Below are positions 61,145 through 64,000 of a stretch of 64,000 nucleotides of DNA, one piece after another. The notes below the pieces were generated by a model. That model did not search any database, was not told the origin of the DNA, and saw only the letters and a program-made list of their open reading frames with translations. The DNA is from Planctomycetota bacterium. Lineage in GTDB: Bacteria; Planctomycetota; PLA2; JAEUHO01. A program made the position numbers and the translations under genes. The stretch's first letter is position 1. Each line of letters begins with the position of its first letter. Location of the stretch: positions 352,001 through 416,000 of the forward strand of contig CBDCTJ010000001.1 of assembly GCA_965222115.1 (NCBI GenBank), given 5' to 3'.

Positions 61145-61804
61145 TTATGGCGCGAGTCGATCGATGGCCCATTCGCCATTTGCGTCACGTTGATAGCGGA
61201 ATCGGTCGTGCAAGCGATTCTTGCGGCCCTGCCAAAACTCCAACCGGGTGGGTGCCACGACATAGCCACCCCACGCAGGCATTAGGGGCACATCTCTGCC
61301 CTCAAATCGCATTTCGGCTTCGCGCCACGCACGGTCCAATGTGTCTCGATCGGGCACCACATCACTCTGCGCCGACGCCCAGGTACTGAGTTGACTGTCG
61401 CGCGGCCGCGAACGGTGATAGGCCTCGGCCTGCGCGCCCGACACGCGCGTTGCTCTTCCCTGAACGCGCACTTGGCGCTCCATCCATGGCCAATACACGT
61501 GCAGCGAAACGCGATCACTACGGTTGATCTCGCGCGCCTTGGCGCTCTCGCAATTCGTGTAGAAGACAAATCCCTCGGGTCCGAATGTCTTTAGCAAGAC
61601 GGAGCGACTTGACGGTGCTCCCTCTGCATCCACAGTCGAAAGCGTAAACACGTGCGTCTCATGACTCGCTAGCGCCTCAGTCTGCTGGCGCACCGATTCA
61701 CTGTTTTCAAACCACGCTGCAAACTGAACCATGGGGTCACCGTGGAGTTCACTGCGGCGCAGCACGCCTTGTTCATAACTACGTCGGACGTCATGCAAAT
61801 CCAT
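61145..61804 (-). CDS. pdxH: Pyridoxamine 5'-phosphate oxidase
   Basis: 'RSVLLK', 'FYTN.ES.K', 'RQVRVQG', 'SRPRDSQ', 'WGGY', 'EFWQGR.NRLHDR', 'RLAP'. Confidence 0.96.
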   Translation of the reverse strand: MDLHDVRRSYEQGVLRRSELHGDPMVQFAAWFENSESVRQQTEALASHETHVFTLSTVDAEGAPSSRSVLLKTFGPEGFVFYTNCESAKAREINRSDRVSLHVYWPWMERQVRVQGRATRVSGAQAEAYHRSRPRDSQLSTWASAQSDVVPDRDTLDRAWREAEMRFEGRDVPLMPAWGGYVVAPTRLEFWQGRKNRLHDRFRYQRDANGEWAIDRLAP

Positions 61805-61811
61805 GCAGACA

Positions 61812-63053
61812 TCATAGTGCGCTGTTTGCTTCGGAGACCCGAAGGACCGTGCGAACCCGTACGAGTCCCCAGATTCCCGTAAGCGTGGCAAACACACCGG
61901 CAATGCCAAAGAGCGCTGTAGCGGGCATCCACTCGGCCAGTACGCCCACCAACAAGGCGGAGAGTGCGGTCATGCCCTGCACCGTCACGGTGAGTAGCGC
62001 AAACACGCGACCGCGTTGTCGCGAGGGAACGGCTCGTTGCGCAATCGTCGTGCGCGACACCACGATGGCGGGGATGAACAACCCGTGCAGCGCAATCGCC
62101 ACCAACGCCCAGGGATAGGACTTAATCCACACCAGAGGCAAATAGGTGAGCCCATCGATGACGAGAGCCACCAACAGGACCGTGCCGGGACCCAATGTTG
62201 AAGATCGACGTGTGAGCCACAAGGCACCCACAAGCATGCCGCCTGCCATGGCGCACTCAAACCACGCCAAATGCGCCACATCGAGCCCATAGACGTGCTT
62301 TATGAGGAGGGGCGGACCCACGAGCGCCGGACCCATGAGAAACAAGTTGTTGAGCGCGGTGAGAATCATCAATGCCCTCACCGTCTTGTTTCGGCGCGCC
62401 AGTCGAAACCCCTCGCGTGTGTCGTCAAGGTAGCTAGAGCGACTCGCAACAACGTCGCAGTCGCGGGGCACTCGCAGGGCCAACAACAGCGCCGCCGAAA
62501 GAACAAAGGTCAGTCCATCCAGTTGAATGACCCAAGCGGCCGCATTGGATCGGTCATTCGTGGAGGCGTGCGCCAGCATCCACCCGCCCACGCCAAGGCC
62601 AACAAACATGGCCAAATGCGCCGATGTCTGCACCATCGCGTTCCACCGTGCGGTCTTGCGCTCGTCGCGCGCAAGCACGGGAATCAACGCGTCGCGCGCC
62701 GGATTGAACGGTACCGAGAACACGCCCACGGCAAATACAATGGCTACCAACAACTCAAGTGAAAGCCCACCGCCCCACGCAACCCATGCGGGCAGCAACA
62801 AGAGCAGCGCGGCACGAGCGACGTCGCTCACGACCATCACCGTGCGACGAGGATGGCGATCGACAAGTGCCCCCGCCCACGGCCCAAAGAGCAAGTAGGG
62901 CACGGCGGCCACGAATACAACCAAGCCCACTGAAAAGTTGCGACCGGATACTTCCGTAGCCAACCACGCCGCGCACGGCACGAATACCGCGTTGCCCATC
63001 TCGGAGATGAACTGTGCCATCCACAGCAGCGTGAGATTCTTATCCCGCATCAC
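61812..63053 (-). CDS. MFS transporter (DHA3/macrolide-efflux-like)
   Basis: 'LWMAQFISEMGN', 'AGALVDRHPRRTVMVVSD', 'QRAVP..QRGRV' and about 12 TM helices. Confidence 0.9.
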   Translation of the reverse strand: MMRDKNLTLLWMAQFISEMGNAVFVPCAAWLATEVSGRNFSVGLVVFVAAVPYLLFGPWAGALVDRHPRRTVMVVSDVARAALLLLLPAWVAWGGGLSLELLVAIVFAVGVFSVPFNPARDALIPVLARDERKTARWNAMVQTSAHLAMFVGLGVGGWMLAHASTNDRSNAAAWVIQLDGLTFVLSAALLLALRVPRDCDVVASRSSYLDDTREGFRLARRNKTVRALMILTALNNLFLMGPALVGPPLLIKHVYGLDVAHLAWFECAMAGGMLVGALWLTRRSSTLGPGTVLLVALVIDGLTYLPLVWIKSYPWALVAIALHGLFIPAIVVSRTTIAQRAVPSRQRGRVFALLTVTVQGMTALSALLVGVLAEWMPATALFGIAGVFATLTGIWGLVRVRTVLRVSEANSAL

Positions 63054-63073
63054 GTATGGGTCCGACTACGACG

Positions 63074-64000
63074 CTACCGCGGCGCGTCCGGGGGCAGATA
63101 GGGATCAAGCGGCGCATCATTCGGAGGACGGTACGGCGCCAACCCCCGCCCGTCACCTTGCCGGAGTGGGCGGGGCGCAAGAATTGGCGGACGTGGCGAG
63201 GAGATGTCGGCTGGAATCTGAGTTGGTCTCGGCAAGGGGCGCAAAGACGCACGAACCCCCGACGATGGCGTCAAGTATCCGGCCGCGCGGGCGAGCCAAT
63301 AGGCAAAGAGCCAGTCGGCGCGCGTGTGTGTGAGCGTTGGGTGCCGCGCGTTGCCTGCACTCGCGCGATAGAGCGTGCGCGGTGAACTCTTCCACACCCA
63401 CGTGGACGGCACGCGGTGATTGATTCGTGTGATGCCCGAAGACTCTGTGCGCGTAGCGCCTGCAGGCGGCACTTCCTCCTCGCCAAGCACATGCAGACAG
63501 ACGCGGAGTTCATCGACGGTCGCACCCGCGCGCACGGGGGCGCGCCCAAGCAGCGATGTCGCACATATGGCACCATGCCACCATCCGCGCGTTCGCTCAC
63601 GCAGCCGTGCAAGTCCCCGCTGCGCCGCGCGCGCGGTCTTAGCATCCGCGTGCAGCGCCACAGACAAGAGTGCCAACGACGCCATGTTTACATTCGACGC
63701 AGAAAGAAACGGACCGAACCACGTCAACTGCTCGGCGAGTGCATCGCGGTAACCGCTCTTGATCAGTCGTCGCATACGACGGTAGTTGGTCGCACTAGAA
63801 TTGTGGGCCTGTGCCATCACAAAGGGTGCAAGGCCCATCGCGGCGTACGAGCCGTTCTTGACCATCTTGAGCACCTGCACGTCATGACGCAACTCGCCGT
63901 GCTCCGTGCGCTTGCCGCGATGGTCGCGCAACCACATATCATCGTCGCGTAGCGTGTGTGCGATCTCCGTAATCGCTTGCACAGCCAATGAACGAATCTC
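63074..64000 (-). CDS. Hypothetical helical protein, 5'-truncated by the window edge
   Basis: The frame is open to base 64000. It contains 'DWLFAYWLARAAG' and a Pro-rich tail. Confidence 0.55.
   Translation of the reverse strand, partial: EIRSLAVQAITEIAHTLRDDDMWLRDHRGKRTEHGELRHDVQVLKMVKNGSYAAMGLAPFVMAQAHNSSATNYRRMRRLIKSGYRDALAEQLTWFGPFLSASNVNMASLALLSVALHADAKTARAAQRGLARLRERTRGWWHGAICATSLLGRAPVRAGATVDELRVCLHVLGEEEVPPAGATRTESSGITRINHRVPSTWVWKSSPRTLYRASAGNARHPTLTHTRADWLFAYWLARAAGYLTPSSGVRASLRPLPRPTQIPADISSPRPPILAPRPLRQGDGRGLAPYRPPNDAPLDPYLPPDAPR

Noticed and set aside
1-64000. Prophage, integrase, transposase, toxin-antitoxin or anti-phage defence genes
   Set aside because: No ORF shows recognisable motifs for these. 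The remaining hypothetical proteins look mostly like exported or envelope proteins.

Overview
This is a gene-dense, GC-rich bacterial chromosomal segment, most likely from a Planctomycetota genome (inference from the ECF sigma factor with TM and beta-sandwich extension, exported HEAT proteins, FGE-sulfatase-domain protein, alpha2-type GlyRS and kdsA/kdsB). Housekeeping genes are ppk2, a Yej/Opp-type peptide ABC operon, acpS, nagZ plus a Na+/solute symporter, kdsA, lysA, fliA/whiG, glyQS, pyrG, kdsB, rluD, an mce-pccB-biotin carboxylase-BCCP operon, pdxH and tRNA-Thr(CGT). I found no CRISPR array, integrase, transposase, prophage or recognisable defence system. The most unusual signals are: (1) a minus-strand run at 21.3-32.3 kb carrying three apparently disabled phospho-modules (an ApgM-like mutase without its catalytic Ser and most metal ligands, a degenerate FHA on a TM/CAP protein, and an exported HEAT protein with a pseudo-receiver) around a NagZ/SSS pair; (2) a 180-bp non-coding element with 19-bp terminal inverted repeats that folds into one rod (MITE or structured RNA) at 60957-61136; (3) two small Cys-rich basic ORFs with structured leaders; (4) several intergenic repeats; (5) a split ECF sigma gene and a NUDIX-CMD fusion. 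All family assignments come from visual motif recognition, not database searches.
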